DNA of 64,000 nucleotides, from IMG/VR virus record IMGVR_UViG_3300028886_000035, positions 96,001 through 160,000 of that record; one strand, 5' to 3'. The DNA comes from a virus (lineage: Duplodnaviria > Caudoviricetes). Shown piece by piece: positions 10,801 through 20,675 of this stretch (position 1 is the first letter of the stretch; the number at the start of each line of letters is the position of its first letter). A model generated the notes under the pieces. The model was not told where the DNA came from, searched no databases, and was given only the letters and a program-made list of their open reading frames with translations. The translations under genes and the position numbers were made by a program.

Positions 10801-12555
10801 ATATACATTAAAATCAAAAGCAATATATTGATAATTTATATTTGCTCTATATCCAAATAAAGTTTTTCGTTCTTGTAAAGGTAATTTTAAATAATCTTTA
10901 ATCTCTATATTAAAGATATTGTTTTTTGTATCAATCAAAGATATTATATGGGAAGCATTAACAGTAAACGGTTCATATCCAATATCATTCGGTATTATTT
11001 CAAACATATCTTCATATCCATGACCTAAATTTGTAACTAATCTAGGTTCGCTTGTAGGAGACATTACATAATCTCCGATTTTTATATCTTCTACGTTTTT
11101 CCTTGAGCCATCTGCCATCAAAATTTTTGTTCCCTTTGCGAAACACTTGCCCGAATTATGAACTACCATACCTCCTGCAATAAACCATCCTTTATTTGGA
11201 AATTCTACATCCCAAACTTCTCCTATACCGATTTCTTTCCTTGATACAAACGGAGAATAATATAAATTTTCCCCATCTAAGCCTTTTTCTGTTTTTAATG
11301 GATTGCATCCTTTTGCATATTTAACATTAGGCATTGGCTTATCCAATATATCTCCAATAGTATTTATAAAATTTTTTCTATTTCTTTGACCACCTATAGA
11401 GATTCTATAAAACCATTGTGTACTCTTTTTAAACCATTCTTTTTTTATTGACCCACGAATCCCTAATTTATTTAAATTTTCTCTTAAAAATTGTGCGTAT
11501 TCCCATGATGTTTTTCCTGATAATCCCATTTCATAATTTAATTTATTTCGTTTTATCTTTTTAGAAATCCATCCATCACCACACCACATACCTCTGAAAA
11601 AAGCACATAATTGTGATTTTGTAAAATAATTTAATGCACGAGGTATTCTGTTTTCATCATAATTTAAAATTCTAATAAAGTCTTTAAATGAGTTTTTATT
11701 ATCTTTTTTACCAGTTGTAAATAATAATTGTGAGCCTTTTCCATTTGTATATTCTTTTATATGAATATCATGGAAATATTTTTCAACAATATATTTCACT
11801 CTATTCAAATAATTTTTATTGATATTTGTAAATTTACATGATTGTCGTGGATTTTTAAAATATCCATCCGATGTTATAAAACCTACTAATTCTGCCAATT
11901 CATCATTCATTTCAAAAATACCTTCATGTACTTGATTTGGCGAATGTATATTTATAAAAGTTTCATAACGATATGGTATTTTACCATCACCAAATTTATC
12001 CCATGAATCCAAACATAAAACCCAATCTTGTTTTGCTAGTTCATCTGCACGTTTCCAACCATTTTGTGTTTTGATAGGGTGATTACCTGTACATTTAATA
12101 ATATGTCCACCTTTTACATGAATTTCAAAAATAGGAGCATTATCATTTGTTTTCCATGCATCTTTATATTCTTCAATAGGAATTAATTTTCCATCACGAG
12201 TATGAATAATTGTTCCTTTTAATAAACATTGTCGGCTCATCATTCCTGCTACCTGTTTCAATTTTGGATTACATACTGCACGAATTAAAGCAGTTTGATT
12301 TTCATGTAATTTCTGTCTGCTTTCAGGCAAATGGTGGCGTAACACATTTTCACAATATTCTACAGGGTCTAATCTATTTAAAAAATGATGATAAATAAAA
12401 TCATCTAATTCTTCACCGTTAATAACATTTTCTTTACTTGACGCTACTATATCATCTTTTATAACAGATAAATTGTTTTGAATGTCTTTTGTCAACGCTT
12501 GTGTAGGCGTTTCTTCTTTATGCTTTATAGGCAATTTATATATCATTCCTTTCAT
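7846..12555 (-). CDS. terL: Terminase large subunit containing three inteins (spliced product about 570 aa)
   Basis: Spliced Walker A MSRQ|SGK|TES, Walker B VIVLDEAQ, IGTP coupling motif, and RNase H-like nuclease VAGIDFA...ADYTGCG...HDDVPDS. Confidence 0.92.
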   Translation of the reverse strand: MKGMIYKLPIKHKEETPTQALTKDIQNNLSVIKDDIVASSKENVINGEELDDFIYHHFLNRLDPVEYCENVLRHHLPESRQKLHENQTALIRAVCNPKLKQVAGMMSRQCLLKGTIIHTRDGKLIPIEEYKDAWKTNDNAPIFEIHVKGGHIIKCTGNHPIKTQNGWKRADELAKQDWVLCLDSWDKFGDGKIPYRYETFINIHSPNQVHEGIFEMNDELAELVGFITSDGYFKNPRQSCKFTNINKNYLNRVKYIVEKYFHDIHIKEYTNGKGSQLLFTTGKKDNKNSFKDFIRILNYDENRIPRALNYFTKSQLCAFFRGMWCGDGWISKKIKRNKLNYEMGLSGKTSWEYAQFLRENLNKLGIRGSIKKEWFKKSTQWFYRISIGGQRNRKNFINTIGDILDKPMPNVKYAKGCNPLKTEKGLDGENLYYSPFVSRKEIGIGEVWDVEFPNKGWFIAGGMVVHNSGKCFAKGTKILMADGSRKNVEDIKIGDYVMSPTSEPRLVTNLGHGYEDMFEIIPNDIGYEPFTVNASHIISLIDTKNNIFNIEIKDYLKLPLQERKTLFGYRANINYQYIAFDFNVYNLGKILSNKEKNVFDKNIQDYINHHTNNDILHDIKINSLETRLLFLSGFVDGKSSTIGKDKIKLKIDDFNFACEMLDLIRSVGMKANLKKNKKTNSIYFFGRFSLLSSVKTKNLSDNNFSLIFKFKVKPKGIGEYFGFTIDSPDHLFLLGDYTVTHNTESISSFCGFLIDNYPQMRVGVFTPRLQQAEVSIGRLSTFFQMNEDRLNNKIVKLTKDRIELSNKSYVTAVSASDQSNIEGLTFDVIVLDEAQKVSDYTFSERIVPMGGGCLIGNSQIQLLDGTTQTIEELVNNKNINEIPCVDFDTKKIVKGNITEFHDTGVYDTITITLANGKTICGTDDHPIIVKSRETKKARIPRWERLDKIKVGYQVGIPKELPFFGTIHNQYARLFGMMIGDGCCINSAQYFTQDQELIDYINSMGFKFSEISSKCFVTKDNRNYKSGTIIGFVQHMKDSGLDGKTSMSKILPKDFEKWDKESLQELIGGLYDTDGSVRLEENRRCRIEFVSICLNIVKNVQDILCKFGVQSYIQERNGKKQHQINGKTVSYKKYYVLHVKDKESVENFHKNFKLLVSYKQETLNKGVEILKQHKHKIPKELLDTDLRFSRVVKVEFSGLQHVYDLTVDKHHSFIANGIFVHNTNAKIVQIGTPKTRNHFYDAVEGKAHDKWTVVRRDWTQCQQLWALDAIYLPDPKTGIVRPYSRFVLEQAMPKVLKEEMFPNNPELWTEGNLSIEDFKTQYMLEFIDGAGKYLDSDQIKKMTDGQFDWIDHGIIGENYVAGIDFAGSNPDGDSTQITVLRVARDGTKQKVFSKEFQDTSYPQQMYYISNLFGGYHPRFECKKIFADYTGCGAAVVQTLQEEFGIKNLEGIIFNARDRFTGSGMNMKNIMYAKWRQELDNGKFKYMTKERFLKSTAEGAGENNIGYYHRMVSEWADLEQTVTGYSVNKKIEAPLGYHDDVPDSDVLANFATVEGRRGHMPKATAGRYKFR
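8893..9999 (-). mobile_element. Intein 3 (369 aa) with LAGLIDADG homing endonuclease
   Basis: G|CLIGNS ... FVHN|T; TDDHPI block B; LFGMMIGDG and LIGGLYDTDG motifs. Confidence 0.92.
10330..11145 (-). mobile_element. Intein 2 (272 aa), endonuclease degenerate
   Basis: K|CFAKGT ... VTHN|T; VNASHI block B; LAGLIDADG remnant LFLSGFVDG only. Confidence 0.9.
11155..12228 (-). mobile_element. Intein 1 (358 aa) with LAGLIDADG homing endonuclease
   Basis: Q|CLLKGT ... VVHN|S; TGNHPI block B; LVGFITSDG and FFRGMWCGDG motifs. Confidence 0.92.
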
Positions 12556-12610
12556 ACTCTGTTATATTGGTCTTTTTAAATATTATATAAAATTTTTATG
12601 TAAATATAAC

Positions 12611-12642
12611 AAAACAGGTATCTGAAATCAGATACCTGTTTT
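12611..12642 (-). terminator. Intrinsic terminator
   Basis: aaaacaggtatctga-aa-tcagatacctgtttt hairpin. Confidence 0.75.
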
Positions 12643-12659
12643 TTGTAATTATATAATTT

Positions 12660-12860
12660 TAAGTGGATAATTTCTTTTTAATTGATAAAAAACGCTTAAA
12701 AATTTATCATAACCTATATCACTTACATTTGTTTGCCATTCCAATTCACGGAGCTTGTCATCTGAAGGATAGGCAATTAATTTTTTAATTTTAAATCACT
12801 TTCATAATTTTCAGGATTATCATATTATTCATCATATGAAAAATCTGCTTCATTAAGTGC
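12660..12860 (-). pseudogene. Decayed coding remnants downstream of 12865..13287
   Basis: Broken frames read KKALNEADFSYDE*YDNPENY and KKLIAYPSDDKLRELEWQTNVSDIGYDKFLS. Confidence 0.45.
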
Positions 12861-12864
12861 TTTT

Positions 12865-13287
12865 TTAGTAACTTTTTTTACCATCAATTATAGTATCAAT
12901 ATAATTTTTATATTTATCTGATAAATCGCCTATAAGCATATCATATGCGTTCCAAAAATCTTCTTCTCCAACTCTTGCAGTATCATTCCTACTAAACAAA
13001 TGCAACACATGATTATTATCCTTTAAATTTACAAGTGTATCATCAACAAATGAAATATCAATCATATCTGAAATTGCATCTGAAACGATAGTTTGTATAT
13101 CTTCATCATTTAATGTTTTTTTATCACTATAAAAATTATTAACAACGTTATTAATATTTTTTTTAATTTCTGCATCGGATTTATTACAAAAATCCATCAT
13201 AATTTCAAAAAAATCATGTTCTGTTTTCGGAGTTCCATCACTATTGATATTTTTAATTTTAATATTATTTGCAAACAATCTTTTCAT
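12865..13287 (-). CDS. Hypothetical protein starting MKRLFA
   Basis: 140-aa ORF with GAGG SD. Confidence 0.75.
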   Translation of the reverse strand: MKRLFANNIKIKNINSDGTPKTEHDFFEIMMDFCNKSDAEIKKNINNVVNNFYSDKKTLNDEDIQTIVSDAISDMIDISFVDDTLVNLKDNNHVLHLFSRNDTARVGEEDFWNAYDMLIGDLSDKYKNYIDTIIDGKKSY

Positions 13288-13306
13288 TTCAACACAACCT
13301 CAATCT

Positions 13307-14338
13307 TTATTCTATATTATTATTTTTAAATTCTACATCATAACCAATTTTAGCTTTATCTAAAAGTTGTTTTGTATTATTATCATACAATGCAAGGTTC
13401 ATTGTATGATTCCCATTATTATGGAATTTAAATGCAAACATTTCATAAAAACCGCTTTTATTTAATTCTAAATTGGTTATCTTAAATTCATTTTCTTGAT
13501 AATGTGGTGTATAATTGCTACTGAATATCGTTGTATCATCACAACGCACATATAAAGTACAATTTAAATTATTATTTAAGCTATCAAATGATTTGATTTT
13601 TATTGCTACTTTAACAAAGTCATCACAGGATTCCGTTACAATATTAACTGTATCTGCATTATAAACAAATTTATAATCTGTATGAGTGTTTTTGTTATCT
13701 TCTGATGGATTATCATTATAAGCATCTGCTCTAGTAAAATAAGGTGTTCCATCATCTTTAAAACGTATAATATACTCTATTCCACCATCAGATAACACAT
13801 GATATTCTTGTTTTGGGTTAAACATTAATTTTAATTTATCTATTTCTGCGGACAATGCTTCATATTTATCATAAAATTCTTTTAATTGTTTTCTATCTTC
13901 AGAAGTAAAAGAATAGTCCGATTCTAATCCACATTTATATGTGCAACGCATTTCCTGTGTAGAACTAAAATTAAATACATTACGTAAATCATAAATCATG
14001 TCTTGTGTAATCATTATTGTACTAGCATTTAATTCAATAATACACAAATGAAAACAATCTTCAGGTAATTTAGGAATACGTTTTTCTTCAGTAGATTGTA
14101 CACCATACGTATATACGATTTCGCCTTTTGAATTAATAGATAAAACAACTAACCATGTACCAATGCGAGGTGCTTGTAATATTTCACTATCTTGTTCACT
14201 AAAATTAATCACTTGATTATTATAAATAATTGTACCACTATTAATATGTACGGACATATCTGCTACATCTAATTGTGTTACTTTGAACATATCCATAATC
14301 TTTTTTGATTTAAAATATTTTTCAGAATTTAATATCAA
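13307..14338 (-). CDS. Putative structural (tail/baseplate-associated) protein
   Basis: 343 aa; N-terminal V.INSG...PR...VVL...G.I....G.....P.LP...I.DLR pattern resembles phage tail structural domains (by eye). Confidence 0.55.
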   Translation of the reverse strand: MILNSEKYFKSKKIMDMFKVTQLDVADMSVHINSGTIIYNNQVINFSEQDSEILQAPRIGTWLVVLSINSKGEIVYTYGVQSTEEKRIPKLPEDCFHLCIIELNASTIMITQDMIYDLRNVFNFSSTQEMRCTYKCGLESDYSFTSEDRKQLKEFYDKYEALSAEIDKLKLMFNPKQEYHVLSDGGIEYIIRFKDDGTPYFTRADAYNDNPSEDNKNTHTDYKFVYNADTVNIVTESCDDFVKVAIKIKSFDSLNNNLNCTLYVRCDDTTIFSSNYTPHYQENEFKITNLELNKSGFYEMFAFKFHNNGNHTMNLALYDNNTKQLLDKAKIGYDVEFKNNNIE

Positions 14339-14344
14339 TTATTC

Positions 14345-15802
14345 TCACCTCACATCTATGATATTCTTTCTCATATCTATGATATTGTTTTTAACGATAT
14401 TTTTAACTTTATTACGCAAATCTATACATACTTTTCTTAAATCTTTTACTAAATGAAATTTGTTTGCTAAACGAACAAAATAGTTTTCTCCATAATAAGG
14501 ATTTGTATAAACCTTATTTATATTTGATTCGTTTTTTAATGCTTTTGCTACTTCTTCTTGTGAACAATTAAATGTATCGTCATCAACAAAAGCAATATCT
14601 CCAACTACATGACCAAATCCTACTTTTTCATCATTGATTTGATTTTGCACAGACCTTCTACTACGATTTTTATTACTATCATCACCTGTTATCATATTAA
14701 CCAAATCTCTATGTGTCGCATTTGAATCTTTTCCAAAATAAATTTTTCCTTCATAATAAATAAAAGGTTTATCACGATTAAAATCATTAATGTGGTCAAT
14801 ATTTTTAGTTGGTATTCTCCTACCAATCGCATCATCATTATTATCTAATTCTGTTACCAAATCATTTGCTTGCGCATTTTTTATTTTAGAAAAAGCACTT
14901 CTATATTTATAAGCAGAAGAATCTGTATTTAAATAATTAAACCATTGTTTTTCTTCATCATCTGTGGAAATTTTATTTTGTTTTCTCAAAAAATTTATTA
15001 CATCACTGGGATATTCAACACCTAATTGGTCTAATGGCATATTAGCAAAATGTTTTTTTATATCATCGGAATCGAGTAATTCAGTATATTGCTTATCAAA
15101 ATCTATATCTGCCGTTCTACGTAAATCTAAAACTTTTTTACTACCATACGCATAAACTAACGGGAAATTTTCGTCTCGTGGTTCATCACGCATGTCTAAC
15201 ATGGGATATTCTTCTTTATATTTCTTTAATTCACGTAACCAATGAGCCAATTGTAAGTGTTCTTCTCCACAAGCATCACAACCAGTCAAGCTATATAAAT
15301 TATTATATGCTACTTCATCTGCATGTTCAATTGCTTCATCTAAAGACATTAAAGCAGTTTTTTTATTGTTATTACGTAAATCAACAATATTCAATCTTAA
15401 ATCTTTAATAATTGGACTCACCTTCTTGGCTTGCAATTCTATCTGTTGAAAAGAATTATTAATTTTTGTAATACGATGAATAAGACGATTTGCATTATAA
15501 TTTACACAATGATAAGCATCGCTTTTACGTTTAAGATTAAATTTACTTAAACGACCAAAATACTTATCTTTTACATTATCTCCACGCAAATATACTTTGC
15601 CATTACAACAATCAATAATTACAGAATCATATTTATTCATATATTTACCATTTAAAGCTACTTTTACATAGCTATTATTTCTTTTGCTATTCAAATTATT
15701 ATTTTTAAATTCTTGATTAAAATAATCAACTAATGCAAGCGTGAAGTCATCATTTTTACTATCATTTGGTTTAACTGTAATCTTAGCCACAAGTCTTTTC
15801 AT
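14345..15802 (-). CDS. Hypothetical (probable internal virion) protein starting MKRLVA, with repeated I/V-D-L/M-R motifs
   Basis: 485 aa; late-type motif at 15843-15857. Confidence 0.75.
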   Translation of the reverse strand: MKRLVAKITVKPNDSKNDDFTLALVDYFNQEFKNNNLNSKRNNSYVKVALNGKYMNKYDSVIIDCCNGKVYLRGDNVKDKYFGRLSKFNLKRKSDAYHCVNYNANRLIHRITKINNSFQQIELQAKKVSPIIKDLRLNIVDLRNNNKKTALMSLDEAIEHADEVAYNNLYSLTGCDACGEEHLQLAHWLRELKKYKEEYPMLDMRDEPRDENFPLVYAYGSKKVLDLRRTADIDFDKQYTELLDSDDIKKHFANMPLDQLGVEYPSDVINFLRKQNKISTDDEEKQWFNYLNTDSSAYKYRSAFSKIKNAQANDLVTELDNNDDAIGRRIPTKNIDHINDFNRDKPFIYYEGKIYFGKDSNATHRDLVNMITGDDSNKNRSRRSVQNQINDEKVGFGHVVGDIAFVDDDTFNCSQEEVAKALKNESNINKVYTNPYYGENYFVRLANKFHLVKDLRKVCIDLRNKVKNIVKNNIIDMRKNIIDVR

Positions 15803-15842
15803 TGAAAAATATCCCCTTTAAAAAATTTCCGTTCTATTTTAC

Positions 15843-15857
15843 TCTATATAAAAAATA
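15843..15857 (-). promoter_or_regulatory. Candidate late promoter TATT-N7-TAGA
   Basis: Minus strand TATTTTTTATATAGA, about 40 bp before the ATG at 15802. Confidence 0.55.
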
Positions 15858-15920
15858 GTATTTATCATAAAAAAAATAATCTATCTATATAATGATATAG
15901 ATAGATTAAATTTAATTTTA

Positions 15921-18101
15921 TTAAGATACAATTGTATATTGACCTTCTGAAAGTCCTGCTTTTGAAGCATCAAAATCAGACAGAACATTTTTCAGTTTAA
16001 CTCCTGTTAATTTAGTACTTCCTCTAAACATATCTTGATAATTTGTACAAGATTTCATATCTATTACACCAATAATAGTAGTTAAATTATAAGCACCCCC
16101 AAACATATAGCTCATATTCGTTACATTACTAGTATCCCATTTAGATACATCTAATGTAGTTAAAGATTTACAACTATTAAACATTTGACTCATATCTTTT
16201 ACATTACTGGTATCCCAATTTGATAAATCTAATGAAATTAAAGAATTACAAGATGCAAATAAGTTTTTCATATTTGTTACATTACTAGTATTCCATTTAG
16301 ATACATCCAATGAAATTAAAGAATTACAATTATTAAACATATAACTCATATCTGTAACTTTACTAGTATCCCATTTAGATACATCTAATGAAATTAAAGA
16401 ATTACAACCATAAAACATTCCACTCATATCTGTAACTTTACTAGTATCCCATTTAGATACATCTAATGTAGTAAGAGATTTACAACTATAAAACATTCCA
16501 CTCATATCTGTAACTTTACTAGTATCCCAATTAGATACATCTAATGAAATGAGCGAATTACATCCATTACCGTAATAAGCACCCCCAAACATATAGCTCA
16601 TATTCGTTACATTACTAGTATTCCATTTAGATACATCTAATGTAGTAAGAGAATTACAACTATAAAACATATAACTCATATCTGTAACTTTACTAGTATC
16701 CCATTTAGATACATCTAATGAAATTAAAGAATGACAAGATGCAAATAAGTTTGTCATATCTGTAACTTTACTAGTATCCCATTTAGATACATCTAATGAA
16801 ATGAGCGAAATGCATCCTCTATCGTCGTAATAAGAACTCCCAAACATATAGCTCATATTCGTTACATTACTAGTATTCCATTTAGATACATCTAATGTAG
16901 TTAAAGATTTTAACTTATTAAATAATCCACTCATATCTGTAACTTTACTAGTATCCCAATGAGATACGTCTAACAAAGTTAATTTAGTATTCATATTATA
17001 ATTATATTTCCCACCATAGCCAAACATTTCACTCATATCTGTAACTTTACTAGTATCCCATTTAGATACATCTAATGAAGTTAAAGATAAGCAATCATTA
17101 AACATTTGACTCATATCTGTAACTTTACTAGTATCCCAATTTGATACACCTAATGAAATTAAAGAATGACATCCACGAAACATATAACCCATATCTGTAA
17201 CTTTACTAGTATCCCAATTAGATAAATCTAATGAAGTTAAAGATAAGCAATTATTAAACATTCCACTCATATCTGTAACTTTACTAGTATCCCATTTAGA
17301 TAAATCTAATGTAGTAAGAGATTCACAACTTATAAACATTCCACTCATATTCGTTACATTACTAGTATTCCATTTAGATACATCTAATGTAGTAAGAGAT
17401 TCACAACCAAAATACATTTTATATTTTTTTTCATCATAATTAGAAGCATAACTATTTGCTCCAAACATATAACTCATATCTGTAACATTACTGGTATTCC
17501 ATTTAGATACATCTAATGATATAAGAGAACCACATCCACAAAACATTCCACTCATATCTGTAACTTTACTAGTATCCCAATTAGATAAATCTAATGACGT
17601 AATAGAACCACAATTATAAAACATATACCTCATATTAGTTACATTACCGGTATCTAATTTTGGGATTGATAATAATGAATGGCATTTAAAAAACATAAAA
17701 TTATTATTTGTCGATTTATTAGTATTAATTATTTTAGGTATTTTAGTAATAGCATAGCAACTAGAAAACGAATTTGCTAGACTATCTGTAATTAAATCAA
17801 TGCTTCCATCATCATTTAATAATTCTCCTGGTATTTCAGCCATCGTTCGATATGTATCAGGATATAATTCAGACATAGTATATTTTGGATAACCTATACC
17901 TTTATGTTTTATTTCGCCCAATACCAAGTAAAAATTTTTATCTTTATCTAACCCAACAAAATTACATTTATTACCATTGAAATATATTTCTTTTATTTGA
18001 TTTGAATTATAATATAAATCATTAACTGATACATTTTCCTTTATTTCATTACCACTAGAATCTACAATTTTACCATCAATAATTTCATATTTTAATGACA
18101 T
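15921..18101 (-). CDS. DUF285/BspA-like 26-residue repeat surface protein
   Basis: About 20 repeats of C.SL..LDVS.WDTS.VTDMS.MF. Confidence 0.92.
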   Translation of the reverse strand: MSLKYEIIDGKIVDSSGNEIKENVSVNDLYYNSNQIKEIYFNGNKCNFVGLDKDKNFYLVLGEIKHKGIGYPKYTMSELYPDTYRTMAEIPGELLNDDGSIDLITDSLANSFSSCYAITKIPKIINTNKSTNNNFMFFKCHSLLSIPKLDTGNVTNMRYMFYNCGSITSLDLSNWDTSKVTDMSGMFCGCGSLISLDVSKWNTSNVTDMSYMFGANSYASNYDEKKYKMYFGCESLTTLDVSKWNTSNVTNMSGMFISCESLTTLDLSKWDTSKVTDMSGMFNNCLSLTSLDLSNWDTSKVTDMGYMFRGCHSLISLGVSNWDTSKVTDMSQMFNDCLSLTSLDVSKWDTSKVTDMSEMFGYGGKYNYNMNTKLTLLDVSHWDTSKVTDMSGLFNKLKSLTTLDVSKWNTSNVTNMSYMFGSSYYDDRGCISLISLDVSKWDTSKVTDMTNLFASCHSLISLDVSKWDTSKVTDMSYMFYSCNSLTTLDVSKWNTSNVTNMSYMFGGAYYGNGCNSLISLDVSNWDTSKVTDMSGMFYSCKSLTTLDVSKWDTSKVTDMSGMFYGCNSLISLDVSKWDTSKVTDMSYMFNNCNSLISLDVSKWNTSNVTNMKNLFASCNSLISLDLSNWDTSNVKDMSQMFNSCKSLTTLDVSKWDTSNVTNMSYMFGGAYNLTTIIGVIDMKSCTNYQDMFRGSTKLTGVKLKNVLSDFDASKAGLSEGQYTIVS

Positions 18102-18115
18102 ATAAAATCACCTCT

Positions 18116-18550
18116 TTAAGAAACCGAATCTGATTTTATATATAAAATACCATTTGTTTTATCAAAAGAAACAAATTTTATTGCTTCTGTATTTTTTACA
18201 TATGTAGTCGTAATATCTGAACCATTTTTATCATTCGTTGCGTTAACTGCATTTCTTACAGTTAACTCTTTATATCCGTTATTATTTGATAAATTATTAT
18301 TATCACATATCACATATGTTGCTTTTGTATCAATTACACGAACAATATCTCCATTTGACACAGAAGAAGATGTTAAACTAAATCTGCTTGTATCATTTTG
18401 CACTTCTATAATTTTATTACTAGATGACAATGTTTTTGGTAAATTTTTATTATTAATAATTCCTTTTAATCTACTAACATTAATATCATCTGTTTCTAAG
18501 TGATATACTCTATTTAATAAATCCTTTATTGTTTTTGATAAAGAAAGCAT
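18116..18550 (-). CDS. Short tail-fibre-like protein
   Basis: V.ND..RF.LT...V.NGD.VRV.D and NAVNATNDKNGSDITTTY are fibre-like segments. Confidence 0.55.
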   Translation of the reverse strand: MLSLSKTIKDLLNRVYHLETDDINVSRLKGIINNKNLPKTLSSSNKIIEVQNDTSRFSLTSSSVSNGDIVRVIDTKATYVICDNNNLSNNNGYKELTVRNAVNATNDKNGSDITTTYVKNTEAIKFVSFDKTNGILYIKSDSVS

Positions 18551-18606
18551 ATTATAATCACCACACTTTTATACAAAATATGTTATATCTACTTATAACA
18601 TAGCTA

Positions 18607-19995
18607 TTAAAACCAATCAAACCATGTATTTTTCAATTTATTAATATAATCTTGTTTATCAGTAAATTGTGTATTAGAATCAGGTGTTGGATTCAATAAT
18701 ACCAAAAAATTGTCAATATCTTTAATATTATAACAATTATTCGTATTATGATTAAATTCATACGTTGATATAGATGTTAATTCTCTATCTGTGCAAACAC
18801 AATCTCCAAATCCATTTGTTTTTGATAATTCAAATGATTTTTTTATTTTATCTTCATCTGAACAATAATCAATAACAAGTGACCTAACTCCAACATTTTG
18901 TGATATCCCCATTAATCTATAAAATTCATCACGATATTCTTTTGGTGTTTCTTGATTATCTGCCATATTCCAATCAATATCTGTACCATAATTAATATCT
19001 TCTACTGTTACTGCATCAACAATACTTCCGAATCGTTTAGTATCTTCTAATGTCCAATCATGTTCTGCATTCGGTTCAAATATACCAACACCACCATTAT
19101 TAATTATAGCAAATGATGGATAATTTCTTTTGGTAGCATAATTACGTATATCTTCAATTAATTGAAGCATAGCTCTACGATAATTCGTTGGTGTAGGAGT
19201 TGTTGTGGTTTTTTGTACTTCTACAAAAGACGGAACAAATAACGTACCTTTTGGTTTTGCATTTAAATTCCATTCAACAACACAATCAGAAGGAGCACCC
19301 CACGGAGCATCTTTAATAGAATCTTTTTTCTTTGCTACTACAATCTTTTTAAATTTGGACAATCCTTAAATGTATGTTTATCAATAGTTTCTGTAATAGA
19401 TGGAAAATATACTTCTTTTAAATTTGGAAAATTTACAATAGAATATTCTCCTGTGCCACTATGTTCTTCATTTAAAGGCAATTGTAAATATATGACATTA
19501 CCAGATAAAACAGATTCATCTAGTAATTCAGGAAAAATCTTTATATGTTGTATTTACAAACATTATGCTACACCATCCCATATCGCTTGTGGATTTTCTG
19601 TACGACCTCCATACCAAGCAGGGTTATGCCATTCATCAAAAGCATCTGTCCAACCATAAGAGCCATCAGGTATAGCGTCTTTTTTCTATGAATAGTTAAT
19701 GATTTAACCGCGCAGTCAAATGCACTTTGTCCTATTTTTTGTATTCCACTACCAATTTCTATTGTAACACCTTCTAGAACATCCATACCGCTAAATGCTT
19801 CATCTTCAATTATTTTAACAGAATTTGGTAATACAAGTTTTGATATAACAGGTCCATCCATAAATGCAACTTTTCCTAACCACCGCCTGACGAACTAATA
19901 TTTGATATTTTTGTAGAAAGATTATTTATACGTGTTTCTAAAGTAGGTATTTTTGATAATACATCTTTAATTATTTCTGATAAAGCAACACTCAT
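18607..19995 (-). pseudogene. Fragmented BspA-type LRR genes fused to a truncated GH114/PelA-like (TM1410-type) glycoside hydrolase
   Basis: LRR pieces (LVLPNSVKIIEDEAF, FPNLKEVYFP, APWGA) lie in shifting frames; hydrolase-like AIINNGG, DAVTVEDINYG, LVIDYC; ends abruptly. Confidence 0.6.
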
Positions 19996-20023
19996 ATTTC
20001 TATCTCCTTTTTTATTTTTATTT

Positions 20024-20038
20024 TCTATAAAATTAATA
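20024..20038 (-). promoter_or_regulatory. Candidate late promoter TATT-N7-TAGA
   Basis: Minus strand TATTAATTTTATAGA upstream of the ATG at 19995, just after a terminator at about 20056-20082. Confidence 0.5.
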
Positions 20039-20085
20039 TAATCAATAAACAAAAAAACCACCCATAAAATTATGGGCGGTTTGAA

Positions 20086-20658
20086 TTAAAATTCAATCAA
20101 ATCAGATTCACTACTAAGTTCATCATATTTTGATTCTGCTCCATCTGTACCTGCTTTAACCACTTGATTAAAAACATCCTTTAGAGCATTTGTAATTTTG
20201 CTATTAACCTGATTTTTTGTAACAAGATTTGTTCCTTTAATTGTGTGAGCAACCAATTGATTTACTTTGTCTTGTTGTTCTTCTGTTAAGTCTTTTGTCT
20301 CTTTATAAATATATTTTGTTGATTCTTTACCAATTAATGTATCAAAATAAGAATTAATACCTTCAACAAATTCTGTAACAATTTCATTTACAGGAATATC
20401 TGCAAAATTAGGTTTATCTCCATTAGAAATACTATTTAAAACTTCCGTAAATGCGTCATCTACCAATGCATAATAGCCACCTAAACAATCATCTGCTTCA
20501 GGTTCAACACTATCTTTTAAACCAAATGCAAAAGATTTATATTCATTTGAATTTTCAACTTTAGTTTTAGCTTGCATAAAAATTCTTGTAGTAATTCTAG
20601 CTACATCCATATTTAGTTTTTCTGTTGCTTCAATTAAACGTTTTTTAATAATATTCAT
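20086..20658 (-). CDS. Hypothetical acidic protein starting MNIIKKRLIEA
   Basis: 190-aa ORF followed by a terminator. Confidence 0.8.
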   Translation of the reverse strand: MNIIKKRLIEATEKLNMDVARITTRIFMQAKTKVENSNEYKSFAFGLKDSVEPEADDCLGGYYALVDDAFTEVLNSISNGDKPNFADIPVNEIVTEFVEGINSYFDTLIGKESTKYIYKETKDLTEEQQDKVNQLVAHTIKGTNLVTKNQVNSKITNALKDVFNQVVKAGTDGAESKYDELSSESDLIEF

Positions 20659-20675
20659 TCATAAAACCAACTTTC

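Noticed and set aside
16100-17650. Regular ~78-bp repeats with variable inserts resembling a CRISPR array
   Set aside because: The repeats are in-frame codons of a DUF285/BspA 26-aa repeat protein; the spacers are not unique and no cas genes are present.
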